Part shown: piece after piece, positions 25,092 through 40,009 of the stretch
Layout of the letters: every line of letters begins with the position of its first letter
How positions within the stretch are numbered: the first letter of the stretch is position 1
Assembly: GCF_009914755.1 (NCBI RefSeq)
Contig: NC_060939.1
Direction: 5' to 3' (one strand)
Length of the DNA stretch: 64,000 nucleotides
DNA from: the human T2T-CHM13v2.0 reference genome, Homo sapiens
Translations under genes and position numbers: made by a program
Notes under the pieces: model-generated
Told to the model about the DNA's origin: nothing
What the model saw: only the letters and a program-made list of their open reading frames with translations
Databases searched by the model: none

Positions 25092-25440
25092 GTTTTTTTT
25101 TTTTCTTGTTTTTTGGTTTGTTTCTTTTGAAACAGGGACTTATTCCGCCTTCCAGGCTAGGTTGTAGCATCGCTACCATGGCTCACTGCAGCCTCGACCT
25201 CCAAAGCTCAAGCAGCCCTCCCAGTTCAGCTTCCCATCCCCACCCCCAGTAGAGGAGCTGGAACTACATGCATGTGCCACCACGCCTCACTAATTTTATT
25301 TATTTATTTATTCAATTAATTAAAGACAAGGTCTTGCGCTGTTGCCCAGTCTGGTCTTGAACTCCTGGCCTCAAGTGATCCTTCAGCCTCAGCTTCCCAA
25401 AGTACTGGGATTTAGAGGCGTGAGTCACCATGCCAGGCCT
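25092..25440 (-). mobile_element. AluJ-like SINE
   Basis: T-rich tail and degenerate dimer ending gtgagtcaccatgccaggcc. Confidence 0.88.
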
Positions 25441-26978
25441 CTTAGATACAATTTTTTTAAAAAGATGTCATTTTTTCTGATCTTAGAACCAGACAGATTA
25501 GGGATAATGTACTTAATTTTGGAATTTTACATCATTTTGAAAAACAAAGGAATCCCGCACAGCAATATTTAAGACTTTGAAGGGTTTAAAATAAGTTTTG
25601 TTGTTGTTGTTATTCAGACCAAAATACCTGGTTGACATTTACAGCTATCACAACTGATTGCTTGAGCAGATATTTGGTTGGAATGACAGCCCCCAAACCT
25701 GTAAGCAGATCTTATTTTTCCTTTTTTTGAGAGAAAGACAAAGAACAAATTAAGCAGGTTTCAGAAACTTTTTTTTTTCTAAAAAGCAGCTTTCATCATT
25801 TCTAAGTAAGGCATAGACTGATAAGTCAACACATATTTGATTATCTGCTAGGTGTCACAGCGCTGGATGTACACTGATTAAAGCTGTCATGTGACTTTCC
25901 CCTTTAAGTCCAGAGAGAGGAAGAAAACAAATAAATACAGTTAAAAATTGTGATACTGCTAAGGAAGAAATACACAAGGTACTTAAGATTCAGCTCTCTT
26001 TTTTTAGTAACCCCTGAATGATGATACGATTGATGTGTGTTGTGATAATAAGAAACCAAGCAAAATAGTTAACTGCCTTCTGAATTAGTAAAGAAAGATT
26101 AAATTACAATCAGTAGAGTTTTAGGTGTTAAATGTATGTTGACTCTTTGTAGATGATTGTGCTACGTAAGCATACAAAAGCCTATAAGGATACACATCAG
26201 ACTTAACCATGTTTGGATTCTTCAGGAGGGAGTTGCAGAGGCATAGAAGAGAGCGGTTTAATTTTATAGTTTTATATTACTTGAATCTATTTCAATGAGC
26301 AGACATTACTTTTAAGTACAAGTTAGAGAAACCCTAAAATTAAAACATTTCAGTCACTATGCAAATGGTGAAATGTACAGTATTTATAAGGCTTTTGTCA
26401 GTATTGCCAGTTGTACCCGTGTATACTAATGAAGGAAAAGGGTATTTCAAGTATCTGAAAATTATAAGGGTGTGCAGGGTGGGGTGGGTAGCACAACAAA
26501 ATAAGAAAAGACACAGACCTAAGTAAAATGTTAAAACATGTTAAGTTTGTTGGATATTTAATTATGTAAAGATAAATTAATTTTAGGACTTTCTTTTATC
26601 AAATTTAATTGTTTCCTGAGTTTGCAAAAGGAAGTTTTTAGATTTCCTAGAGGAGAATAGGGTGGGGGAATAGGTATTCTTATTGTGGTACAGACTTCAG
26701 GAAATTTCTTTTTGTCAAACATATACACATCTGATAGATATATTTTGCTTGTGAAGCATACGAACCATACAAATAATTTTATAGTTTCATTATTACACTG
26801 CTGAAAATGACAGTACCAAAGTGTCTTTTGAATTATCATTCAGAGTTCTAGAATCATAAATATGATATACTAAAGCAGTTTCTAGAAAGGAAATCATAAG
26901 ACATGAATTCCAGTCTTCACTGTGCTACTCATGGTGTGTCCTTGGATAATTCCTTAATCTTTCAGGGCCCCAGTTTTC

Positions 26979-27147
26979 ATATATACATATATGAATTATA
27001 CTTACATACATTTTATATATAATATATACTTTTGCTTTAATATATACATATATGACATGTGTATGTTGTTATATACATATGTCATATATGTATATAATAT
27101 GTATAATATATAAAATATGTGTATAAAAAGATACATATACACACACT
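26979..27147. repeat. (TA)n/(TATATG)n low-complexity repeat after a MIR fragment
   Basis: atatatacatatatg.. arrays, read directly. Confidence 0.85.
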
Positions 27148-27614
27148 TAGAGTTTTTATGTTGCAAGTCTGAAGTATTGTATGTACAAAAAGGAAGAGAT
27201 ACCTTAAGAGTAGCTAGTTCTCAAGAAACAACTAGTTCCATGTAATTTTTACATATTATACCTAATTTTAGAAGCCTCTTCTTTTTAAAGGTACATGGCA
27301 AGTATTTAATTCCAGAATATAGATTCATGAAGGTGAGTGATTTTCTTTAGATAATTTAGCTTTATCTGTTAAAGCATTATTATTTTTAGTTCCGATCCCT
27401 GGTTCTGTAGTAGATTATCTATATAATAATATGTCCTTACTTAACTCTGGATATAGAATGAGGTCTCTAGTGGTTGCCTCCAGACTTGATCCCCTTTAAT
27501 CCATCCTTACATTACTGCCAAGGTGATTTTTCTGAAGTGCAAATCTATTCATTGCTTCTTTTCTTGTTTCTTTTCTCTTTTCTTTCTCTTTCTTTCTTAG
27601 AAATGTTACTGAGA

Positions 27615-27795
27615 TTTATTTATTTATCTTTCAACTTTTCTTTTAAGTTCAGGGGCACATGTGCAGAATGGGCAGGTTTGTGACACAGGTAAACATGTGC
27701 CATAGTGATTTACTGCACAGATCATCCCATCACCCAGGTATAAAGCCCAGCATCCACTAGCTATTCTTCTCTTCCTGATGCTGTCTCTCCCTGCC
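27615..27795 (-). mobile_element. Older L1PA 3' end inside an L2 (about 27410-28340)
   Basis: ttttaagttcaggggcacatgtgcag...tgcacagatcatcccatcacccaggta..agcccagcatcca. Confidence 0.8.
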
Positions 27796-29191
27796 CTTCT
27801 TTCTTAAAGCCCATACTTTATCAGCCCAACTCTCTATCGTTACAAGGCCTTTCATCATCTGACTAATCTTATGCATTTCCCCCACCATAAATCTAAAGCT
27901 GCACTTGTACTAATACGAGCAGTTTACTGAATGAGCCATACTGTTTCCTGACTCAGAGCCTTCACATATGTTCTCTCCACTATTTAGGATGTCTTTCCTT
28001 CTCTTGTCTTGCTGGCAAAGTCTACTGATTTTTTAAGATACAACGTAAGCACTGTCTGCTTTTTTTTTTTTTTTTTTTTTAGCTCTTTTTTAGTTACCAT
28101 TTTTTCTTTTTTTTCTTTCTTTACTGTCTGCTTTTTAAGTCTTCTGGTCTTCCCTCTTCCCAACCCTAGGTGTTATATACTCACTGTATCATGTTCATTC
28201 ATTCTCTTGTGTTTACTAATGTGTTGTAATTAAGTCTCTCTTTCCTCCTGGACTCAAAGGCAGGTTTATATTTGTCTTATTACTTTTTGACTTCCTGTTG
28301 CTTGTTTATGCATAGTTGGCTATCATTACATGTTTGAACTCTCAGTACCAAGATTGATGTGTTCATGATGTCAGAAGTGAGTTAAACTCAAATCTCAGTC
28401 TTATCCTGTTTTCCTAAAATTTGGGAGTTTCTAAAGTATCTTATTCTCTTGCCCTGTGACCATAAGCTGATATGAGAATGGTAGTTCTTAGCTTTGTGTT
28501 TAAGAAATAAGACTTCTCGCACTTTAAGAGGTGATGGTTACACTGTTAAACTTGCAGAAAAGTCTTGTAGAATTTTGAGGCAACTACTAATCCTTATCTC
28601 TAAAATTGCTAGAAGAGATATTAACTAGTTTGGGTGTTTTAAATCTTGGACATCATTATTTGGTAGATATTTTACCTTGGCTGCTTTTTACTTGGAAAAT
28701 GATAGTAGCTGATGTATGCAGGTTTTTATATAGGCTTTAATAATTGCTTTACATACATTGCCATTCATTTTCAAAATAAATCCTAAACATTTAATAATTT
28801 GCTCAGCGTCATTATCTACTAAGATGCAGACTATGACTACATGTAGGTCTGACTGTCTCCAGACTCTATGCTTTTTCTAATACTACACTGTTTTCTGAAT
28901 ATGACTGCTTATTCAGTGTTTAAAATTATTAACATATTTAATTCATTTTGTAAATTGAAGAAGTAGGTTGTAAAGTTTATCCATTCAGTTCTTCCAAAAA
29001 AGCTAAAGTAGACAATTTGAGATTGATTGGACTTTAGAGACCATTTAATCCAACTCCTTCCTTTAGCATATGAGGAAGCACACATGCAAGAGTGGTGGAA
29101 TGGGGTGCTGAAGATCACACAGTTAGTTGGTCTATAAGATTTTCTTTGTTAAGCTGGTTGTGAACACTGGTGTTATAAAACTATTACTCGA

Positions 29192-29800
<609 letters not shown>

Positions 29801-30399
29801 AACTATTGCTTGAAAGGGATACCAGATGCTTGATTTTCCCCCTCAAGGGGAAGAAGCAAAAGCCTAGAATGACTTTTTATAAAAGTAATGTTGAGGATCT
29901 GAGAGTCTTAAGGACAATCAGAGAAAATCCTGACTTTGGATCATGACACATGGAGACACGCCAGTGCCTGAAGCACATGGTTCCCTAATCTTGGCTCCTT
30001 TCCTTCCTCTTTTTCTTTCTTAAAATTTGTCCACAGTTTACTGATCTTATGCCTGCTGAGTTGTTATTAGCATCAGTCTTACCAGTTATCATTTAAGTGC
30101 CAACCATGGGCCAACTAATAGGAATACAGAAATGCATAAAATCTAGTCACTGCCATGAAGAAGCTTGGTCTGTTTGGGAGCGGAAGGCAGTTTATATCTA
30201 ATTGCAAGGTAGTGTATAAAGATAACCATGAGTAGTATAACTTTAGCAGCTCAGAAGATTAGGTAAATGTGGGCTGGGCTAGTGGTTACAGAAATTTCTA
30301 TATAGAAAAGTTTCTACTTAAGTCTTTAAATGAAGAGTTGGAATGGTGTAGAAAGAGAAAAAGACTTGGGAAAAGTTTTTTTTTTTTTTTTTTAAATCT

Positions 30400-30965
30400 C
30401 AGCTTTTACTAATCTTACCTTGCTTACTTTCCTTCAGCCACACTCCTCACTGTTTCATGAGGTCTTTAACATGTTCTTTCAGATATCCAAATGTCTCCCT
30501 CCTTCACTTCCTTCAGGTCTTAATTAAAGTATTATCCTTTATCTGAGAACTTTACTGGTCACCTTGTTTAAAATGACAATATCTCTTCCACACATACTCT
30601 TCCTATCCTTCTTGCCTGCTTTGTTTCTTTTTTGTGCTTTTCACTATCCAACATACTCTAGATTTTTATTGTCTTTCTACTCCTACTAAAAAAAAGTGTA
30701 AGAGCCGGACACGGTGATGCATGCCTGTAGTCCCACCTACCTCGGAGGCCGAGGTTGGAGGATTGCTTGAGCCTAGGAGTTTGAGATCAGCCTGGGCAAA
30801 AAAGTAAGACCCTGTCTCAAAAAAAAGAGTTAAATTAAATGAAAAATTAAAAAACATAAGACCCTCCAGGATAGGGATTTTTACCCATTTTAGTCAATAT
30901 TGTATCCCCAACATACAGAACGGTGCATTTTACAAAGTAGGTGCTCAAATTTTTGTTGAATTAAT
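30400..30965 (+). mobile_element. L2a 3' end with a nested FLAM_A monomer (about 30702-30826)
   Basis: L2 terminus gtaggtgctcaaatttttgttgaattaat; FLAM gccggacacggtgatgcatgcctgtagtccca..gagtttgagatcagcctgggc. Confidence 0.8.
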
Positions 30966-31087
30966 AAGACAGTGGAACTTTAAAGCAGGAGCTTAAAAGA
31001 TCATTTGATCTAAGCCTCTCATCTCTTCTTTTCTTTCTTTCTTGCTGGCAGGCATGGAGGAAGAGGAACTTTCCATTCCATCTATTC

Positions 31088-31398
<311 letters not shown>

Positions 31399-31399
31399 T

Positions 31400-31890
31400 A
31401 AAAAATTTGATAGGACTCGAAGAAAAAATATATACAATAAAGTACACAAATCATAAGTATACAGCTCAATGAATTACATATGTAAACATGTAACCAACAA
31501 TCAGATCAAGATAGAGAACATTTCCAGGACCTTGAAAGCTTCCCTCCTGTACTCTCTTAGTCATTGCTTAACGAAAGTTACCACTTTTCTGATACCCATC
31601 ACTATAGATTAGTTGTGTTTATTCCTGAAATTCATATAAGTGGAATCAAATCATTCTTTTATGTCTCATTTCCTGTGTTGAACATTACATCTGTGAAATC
31701 CATGTTTTTTGAGTTAGTAGTAGTAATTCTTTTTCATTGCTCTGTATTATTTCATTATACGAGTGTCTATTTGCGTCTTCTGTTGACAGACATTTGGGCT
31801 GTTTCCAGTGTTTAGTTCTTAGAAACAAAGCTACCATAAACAATTTTGTGCATGTGTTTTGGTGGCCATAAAAATTCATTTTTTGGCAAA
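31400..31890 (-). mobile_element. Old L1M 3' fragment
   Basis: aagtacacaaatcataagtatacagctcaatgaat...gacatttgggctgtttccag. Confidence 0.75.
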
Positions 31891-31958
31891 GCGCTTCATT
31901 TAAATATATAATAAAACATATCTCCATATATATACACACATATACACACATAATTCTT

Positions 31959-32408
31959 TTTTTTAATTATACTTTAAGTTCTGGGGTACATATGCACAAC
32001 GTGCAGGTTTGTTACATATGTATACATGTGCCATGTTGGTGTGCTGCACCTGCAACTCGTCATTTACATTAGGTATATCTCCTAATGCTGTCCCTCCCCC
32101 CACCCCACAACAGGCCCTTGTGTGTGATGTTCCCCTTCCTGTGTCCAAGTGTTCTCATTGTTCAATTCTCACCTATGAATGATAACATGTGGTGTTTGGT
32201 TTTTTGTCCCTGCGATAGTTTGCTGATAATGATGGTTTCCAGCTTCATCCATGTCCCTACAAAGGACATGAACTCATCCTTTTTTATTGCTGCATAGTGT
32301 TCCATGGTGTGTATGTGCCACATTTTCTTAATCCACCCTATCATTGATGGACATTTGGGTTGGTTCCAAGTCTTTGCTATTGTGAATAGTGCCGCAATAA
32401 ACATACGA
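31959..32408 (-). mobile_element. L1PA 3' end with a perfect 15-bp TSD
   Basis: TSD acacacataattctt at 31944-31958 and 32409-32423; ORF 32162-32431 is the L1 ORF2 C-terminus (MFIAALFTIAKTWNQPKCPS). Confidence 0.95.
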
Positions 32409-33042
32409 ACACACATAATTCTTAAGCTCACATGGTTCCTCTCACATGCTAGATGATCATTAAATGATTAAAGATGAATTAACTAATCTCTTATTATAAG
32501 ATTATTTCAAATGTATTAAAATAATTTATTCTCTCTGCTAATAACATTTATGTAAATCTTAGTACATAATCTTTCTCCCTACCTGATTTGTTTAAAGAAT
32601 AGGAATAAAAACATTAAGTCAAAAGATAAGACCTTAAAAAAATTAGACATTGCCATATTGCTTTCTAGAAAGATGCTAATTTATATGCCAATATGAAACA
32701 TTAGTTTTAAAAAAACATTTGCAATTTGATAAGCAAAATATCTTACTTAATTTGTATTTCTTTGGTTATAAGTGAAGTTGAAACATTGTAAATTGTTTCA
32801 TAAACAATTAGATATTAAAATATTTATAATAAAACAATTTTTAAAAGAATGCCTCAGATGTCTTGTAAGGTAAAATATATTTTAACTAGAATTATTGTTC
32901 TTTATTGTTGTTTCTCCTTTTAATAGATAAATTTTGAATAGTTATTAGAAAAACATAACAAAATTCAGAGATAGAAACAGTTGTCCCAGAGGCAGCCATT
33001 GTTAACAGTTTTTTATGTATACTTCTAAAGATATTATAGACT

Positions 33043-33150
33043 ATGCATATATATGTATATGTGTATAAATGTGTGTATATGTATATGTTTGTAAGTGTAT
33101 GTATATATATTTGTGTGTGCATGCATGTGTGTAATGTGTGTGTATATATG
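33043..33150. repeat. (TA/TG)n low-complexity repeat
   Basis: tatgcatatatatgtatatgtgt.. read directly. Confidence 0.85.
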
Positions 33151-33631
33151 CCAAAACATTAGATGAATTATGGAAACCATTCATTAAAATACTTTCTGGT
33201 TTAGATGTGTTATTGTGTACCATTTTGTGTATTAAAAATTAGAAAGGGTCTAGCTATGATTCGTATCTGGCTACTGGCCCAGAAGGAAGAAAAGCAGGGT
33301 CTGGCAGTATTTGGCGGTAATTTTCTGTAAGACAAGTGGCCTTAGCGCTCCTTATTATTGAATCAGTTCTTTGACAATAGCACTTCTGTTTATAGTACTG
33401 ATTCTGTAGTACTGTTCCAAAGTGAAAAGCCAAGTTTTTGAAAATTAGACAGATGATACCTGAAAGAAGCTCTTTAAATGTATGAAAGCTATTTGGAGGT
33501 ATTTAGGAAAACATTTAGGGGAAAGATACTTTATTCTTAAGCATTTTAGGATTCATTTGCTTGACAGTTACAGTTTTTGCAGAATTCCTCTGACTACTGT
33601 TTAACAGTGAAAATTTGAGTTTGAATAATTG

Positions 33632-33734
33632 CAAATAAAATTATTCATTTACTTAAACTTTTATTTACCTAATTTAAAAACCAAATAAAATTATTCATTT
33701 ACTTAAACTTTTATTTACCTAATTTAAAAACCAA
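33632..33734. repeat. Perfect 50-bp tandem duplication
   Basis: caaataaaattattcatttacttaaacttttatttacctaatttaaaaac x2 plus caa. Confidence 0.97.
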
Positions 33735-33920
33735 TCACCCTCAATATAAACATATTTTAAAAATATTTTAAGACAGTTTTTCATGATAATATATAGTAGT
33801 AATTTGTCTCATATATAAAAGATATTTCTGAGCTTGACTTGAATGTCACTGTTAAATAAATGGTTTGAGCAACAAGAGTCAGAAATTTTAATTGGTTTCT
33901 GCAGGATTTTAATGGTTTAG

Positions 33921-34246
<326 letters not shown>

Positions 34247-34769
34247 CTGGGATAGATTCTTTTTAAGGCCCTTATTTCAAAAACTAAAATTTGGGAATGA
34301 CTATTGTTTACTGAATACTAACTCACTGACGTAGCCCAGGATAAGTTAGGGGTATTATAAGAGTTCCTGTTTACTGGAATTCTTGTCTCCTACTGAGGAT
34401 AGATTATAAAGCTCTAAGGGCCGCTGAAAGAATTTACATCTAATTGTGATTGGTAATATTTGGGGAATTTGAAGAAAGAATTTGTCAGAGGGAAGAGATC
34501 ATCTTGATTTTTTAAAAATGTTCAATTTTGAAATATATCTTTATAGGAGAATTGCAAAGATAGTCCAGAAGATTTCCATGTGCCATATACCCTTCACTCA
34601 GCTTTCTCTAATGTTCACATCTTATATAATCATGTTATATTGATCAAAACTAAGAAATTCATACTGATTTTTTAAAAGGGAATTCAATTAACCATTTTTT
34701 TTGAAGACCTATTATGTATAAAAGAGTATTTTGGCTGCTGAAGTATGTACAATATGGGAAAACAAGTAA

Positions 34770-36235
34770 AGGTTACAGACAATAATAGACTGATATCAGA
34801 GCTTGGTGTCATTCCTTGAACAAATTCTTAAACAGATTATCGAACACACGTGTTGTCGGTACTTAACAAAAGAAGGCACTGATCACTAGGAGCCAGCATG
34901 GGTTCACAAAGAACAAGTAATGACACCTAGCTTCACTTCTTTTTTTATGGGGTAAGTGAACTATTAATAGTAGATATATCAGAAGATACTCTGGCCATAG
35001 TATATATAGAATTATTGCTACATTTATTGGATTTTAAATTACGTGCTGGGCACTGGATTAAATGCTTTTACATAGGTTGTCTCATTAAGTTATTGTTTTA
35101 CAGATGAGGAAAGGGTCCCTCAAGGTTATACATATAGCATTTGACATCCTCTTACGATATCTTTTTAGACTAGATAGAAAATGTGGTCCGAATAGTTACA
35201 TAGGTAGGTGGATTAGTAATTGCTTAAATGGCCATATCCAGAGCTTGATGATTAAAATTAAACTGCAGTACATTCTTAGTGGTGTGCCTCAAGAAGCTAT
35301 CATGTCCTATTTAAGATTTTTATCAGTTACTCTGAAAATTGTAAGGGAATGCTGCTATATATACAGAATCAGCATCTTCACTCTTACTGCCTTATTTCTA
35401 ATAGTTAAAAATGACAGACTGTATTTAGAAAATATTTGTTACGAAATATGTTATAAGATTTTATATTTGGTGTGTAAATATTTGATAAAGACCGGCCTAT
35501 AGTTGATTTTTTTTTCAGAAGTCTGCACAAATACAAGATGGGAATCTTGGAGGGCTAACAGCAGTAGATGTGTGTTTGTTTAAGCAGAGGTGTGTGCCTG
35601 GGTGTGTCTCCTTATTTGTCTGCAGTTGGTGAGTCAGTGGTTTATTATAACTATCCCAATATTCAGCACCTGCTTAAGCTACACTTTGAAGCATATTGTC
35701 CAAAACAGTTGATTATTCTTTTCTACTCTGCATCTAGCTTAGTTCTGTTCTGTTTGCCACATTTTAAGGTAGGCATTGATAAACAGTGTAGTGAGAAGAG
35801 AGTAATCAGAATGAAGCATGTCTTGAAACAGTTGCAAAGTAATTGAAACATTGAGGTTGTTTAGCATGGAAGAAAGAAGAGTTGGGGTATATGATAATAC
35901 TTTTTAGATTGGGTAACTGGATGATCTTTAATGTTCTTCCTGACTCAAATCTGAGATTCTGTGAAACATGAAGGGTTGGCACATGGAAGAAGGATTAAGC
36001 ATATCTTTTGCATTGCAGTCTGGAGGATGGAACTAGGAACAATGAATGAAAGTTAGAGGAAGGAAAATATTGGTTCATAATGAAGAAGCCTTTTTATTTT
36101 TTTAAGAGATGGGGTCTTGCTCTGTTGCCCAGGCTGGTGACAATTTGAATGGAGTAAACATTCACTCCCTGAGGCACTAAAGCATAGATTGAGTAGGGTT
36201 TAATCAAGCGATCCTTTAAGGACTTTTCCAATTTA
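34770..36235 (+). mobile_element. CR1/L3 LINE relic (RT region and 3' end), interrupted by MIR (about 35000-35135) and an Alu stub (36091-36137)
   Basis: agccagcatgggttcacaaagaacaag encodes SQHGFTKNK; ORF 35104-35502 contains WISNCLNG and SGVPQ, CR1 reverse-transcriptase motifs; the 3' end is L3-like (atcctttaaggacttttccaa). Confidence 0.75.
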
Positions 36236-36411
36236 AAAATTTTTTAAAATTTTCTTCATTGGTTGTAATTCCAATTGGCAAAACATTTTCTTGGGCACTT
36301 ATTCACACTTATAATACTTATGGCTTCATATAGTATCAGATTCTATTAGAGAGAATGATACCTTCCTGATAATCAAAATCTGAAATTATAGTATGAAATA
36401 ATTTAACTAGA

Positions 36412-36707
36412 TTTTTTATTTTTTTGAGACAGGGTCTTACTCTGTCATCCAGGCTGGTGTGCAGTGGTGTGATCTTGGCTCACTGCAACCTCTGCTTCCT
36501 GGGCTAAAGTGATCCTCCAGTCTCAGCCTCCCAGGTAGCTGGGACTACAGGCGCATGCCACCACACCCAGCTAATTTTTGTATTTTTGTAGAGATGGGGC
36601 TTTGCCATGTTGCCCAGGCTGGTCTTCAATTCCTGAGCTCAAAGTGATCCACCTGCCTTGGCCTCCCAAAGTGATGGGATTATAGGCATGAGCCACCATA
36701 CCTGGCC
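36412..36707 (-). mobile_element. AluJ-like SINE
   Basis: Full dimer. Confidence 0.92.
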
Positions 36708-36891
36708 TTAGATGATTTTTAAAAAGTTTATTCACAGTTCCGAAGGAAACAAGATTTTAGTCTTGTTTTAGAAATGTCACAGACTAATTGAAGTTGCTTT
36801 TAAAGATGATGGCATAAGTATCATTAAATTCAAATGCTTGTGGTTTCTCTTCTGTGTATCTAAAAAAATGTTAATGTCAAAAACTGAAACC

Positions 36892-37154
36892 ACTCATGCC
36901 TGTAATCCCAGCACTTTGGGAGGCAAAGGTGGGCAGATCACCTGAGGTCAGGAGTTTGAGACCTGGCCTACATGGTGAAACCCCGTCACTACTAAAAATA
37001 CAAAAATTAGCTGGGCATGGTGGTGGGCACCTGTAATCCCAGCTACTCAGGAGGCTGAAGCAGCAGAATCACTTGAGCCTGGGAGGTAGAGGTTGCATTG
37101 CGCTGAGATCGCACCAGTGTATTCCAGCCTGGGCGACAAGAGTGAAACTATGTC

Positions 37155-37185
<31 letters not shown>

Positions 37186-37198
37186 CAAACAAACAAAA
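36892..37198 (+). mobile_element. AluS SINE with (CAAAA)n tail
   Basis: Slightly 5'-truncated dimer. Confidence 0.92.
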
Positions 37199-38759
37199 CC
37201 CCAAAGATTATTAACTTCTAAATGATTCAGTTGTTTAAATCTAAAATGGAACAGTAAACCATTTTATTCACTGTCATCCCTTACACAAATCAGAGCTTTT
37301 TTTGGCCTTCATGACCTTCATATTTTTTTATCCTGAGAATACTCTCTTTCTTTAAGCCCATCTAAAGTCTAATTTTTAGGACTTAACCCTGATCCATTTT
37401 TTTAAAGTCATCTCGGGTTCTTCTATCCAACACTGATATTTTTCTTTCTTTTCTAACAGTTTGGTAATCTATTAGTACTATATCCTATACTGTTACTAAT
37501 TGCTTTATAATGTGTAAGGTTTTTTAAAAAAATTAACAGGATTATAAGCCCCTTGAAGACTCTTTTACTGAGGCTTGAAAACTACTTAATGAAATTAAAA
37601 TTTACAGACTCGGTGGTTGAATTTTAGCTAATGTTGAAACTCTTAATAGCATGAGAAAAAGCCTATGCAGAATTTCCATGTTTAGTTTCTACTTTTTTTC
37701 TTTAGCAATATGATCTTTAGTCTTCATCTGATGTATTGTAAAATTTACAAATAATAGTAATATACCCACTTTAAAAATGAAAAATAAGAAAAAGATTTTT
37801 CCATCATCCTCACATTCTTAATACCACCATCTCCTAAATTTTGGAGTCTCCCTTTTGTTGTTTTTCAATGCATATGCCAATGTCTTTGTCATTAGCCCTC
37901 AGAAGTGGCAAATAATTTTAAAATGTGTATTTCAAAACGAAATTTCTTTTTAGAAAATCAGGAGATACATTCTAGTAAATGTACTTACTGGACCTCAGTA
38001 GTGTACTTTTTACTTTGTTACATTCATATGAACACCAAAAAGTTTAATGAATAAAATAGAATATATTTTAACATGTTTAAGAAGTATGTCTGTGACAACA
38101 TCTAATTGAGCTGTTGATGAAGTTAGTTTATAGTCATCAGCTTCATTTTCTATATTCTTCATTCCCCGTACAAAATACTTGTCATACCCAGTGGGTGTTC
38201 CAGACTTAGCATGTTTTAAAATCAAGGTAGCATTGTCATATTTTGTTTTGATTGGCTTTTGCTCAGGGGAAGTTTGGGTCCATATCAGAGATCTGTTTGC
38301 CTTCTTCACTGAAGCTAATGACTTTCTGTTATGTGATAGGCTTTCACTGCTTCTTCATGTGGGGGCATCTCTGCAATGTAAATTGCTATTTTCCAGTTAT
38401 TTTACTTAAATTAAAACAAATAAAGTTTCTGAAGACACTCAGGAAATGTGTGAATTTACTGAGTATATAACCTTAGAACCCTTGAGCAGGAAAACATCAA
38501 ATCACAAATAGGGAGGTGAGTATACTGGCTGGCAAATCTTACATTGTACTTTGTCATGTAACACTGTTCACTTACTCATTTTTAGAAGCTACATGTGCAT
38601 TATATACTAATGGTATATCTCTCAAATAATTGAAATAATGAAAAATTGATAATTCAGAGCCACTTTTTATTTGGCATGGGATGTGATTGTTTTTGCATTA
38701 CCACATATTAAAGTCTAAAAGGAGTTAAATTTTGTGATCTAGTAGTTTTCAGTGGAACC

Positions 38760-39078
38760 TTGTTTTTTTTTTTTTTTTTTTTTTTTTTTTTGAGACAGGG
38801 TCTTGTTCTGTTGCCCAGGCTGGAGTGCAGTGGTGTGATTTCGGGCTCACTGCAACCTCCACCTCCTGGGTTCAAGCGCTTCTCCTGCCTCAGCCTCCCA
38901 AGTAGCTGGGACTGCAGGTGGGCAATACCACACCTGGCTAATTTTTGTATTTTTAGTAGAGACAGGGTTTCACCATGTTGGCCAGGCTGGTCTCAAACTC
39001 CTGACCTCAGATGATCTGCCCACCTCAGCCACCCAAAGTACTGGGATTACAGGCATGCGTCAGCCACCACCCCTGGCC
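38760..39078 (-). mobile_element. AluS SINE
   Basis: Long T tract and full dimer. Confidence 0.93.
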
Positions 39079-39541
39079 CATTTTTGTTTTTTTTCCTCAA
39101 ACATCTATATGGCACTGCAATATAGAATACAAATAAAAAGTAACATTTTTGTATAACTTTAAGTACATATTTATAACATTAACTTAGCATAAAGGGGATC
39201 AGTGACATTCAGGGTAGGCTCTTAAGTTGTCTTATCTTCACGACATTCTATTGCCACTTTATTCCTAGCATTTAACAGTGCCTCATACATAGCAGATTCC
39301 AAATGTATCTTAGTGAAATAAATGAATGAATGACTTAGGCCATTTTGATGTACTCAAGAATTTGAAATTGAATAACTGATAATGATTGTAGTTTCTCAAT
39401 CTCTGCATTAAATTTCTATTTTGTTTTGATTGTACAATGTCCACCACAACTGGAAGAGTTGTTTTAGTTGGTTCTTGAGACTTAGAGTAGAATCAGGACA
39501 CTCTCAAATTGAACTATGACTTTGAAAAAAGAAGTGGATAA

Positions 39542-39913
<372 letters not shown>

Positions 39914-40009
39914 TTGCTTGTGTTCTTTATGATGAATATAAAAGAAGTTAAACAGGAGATATCACCATTTTTTGATAATTTTTAAAACAATAGTACAATA
40001 TGTTATGAG

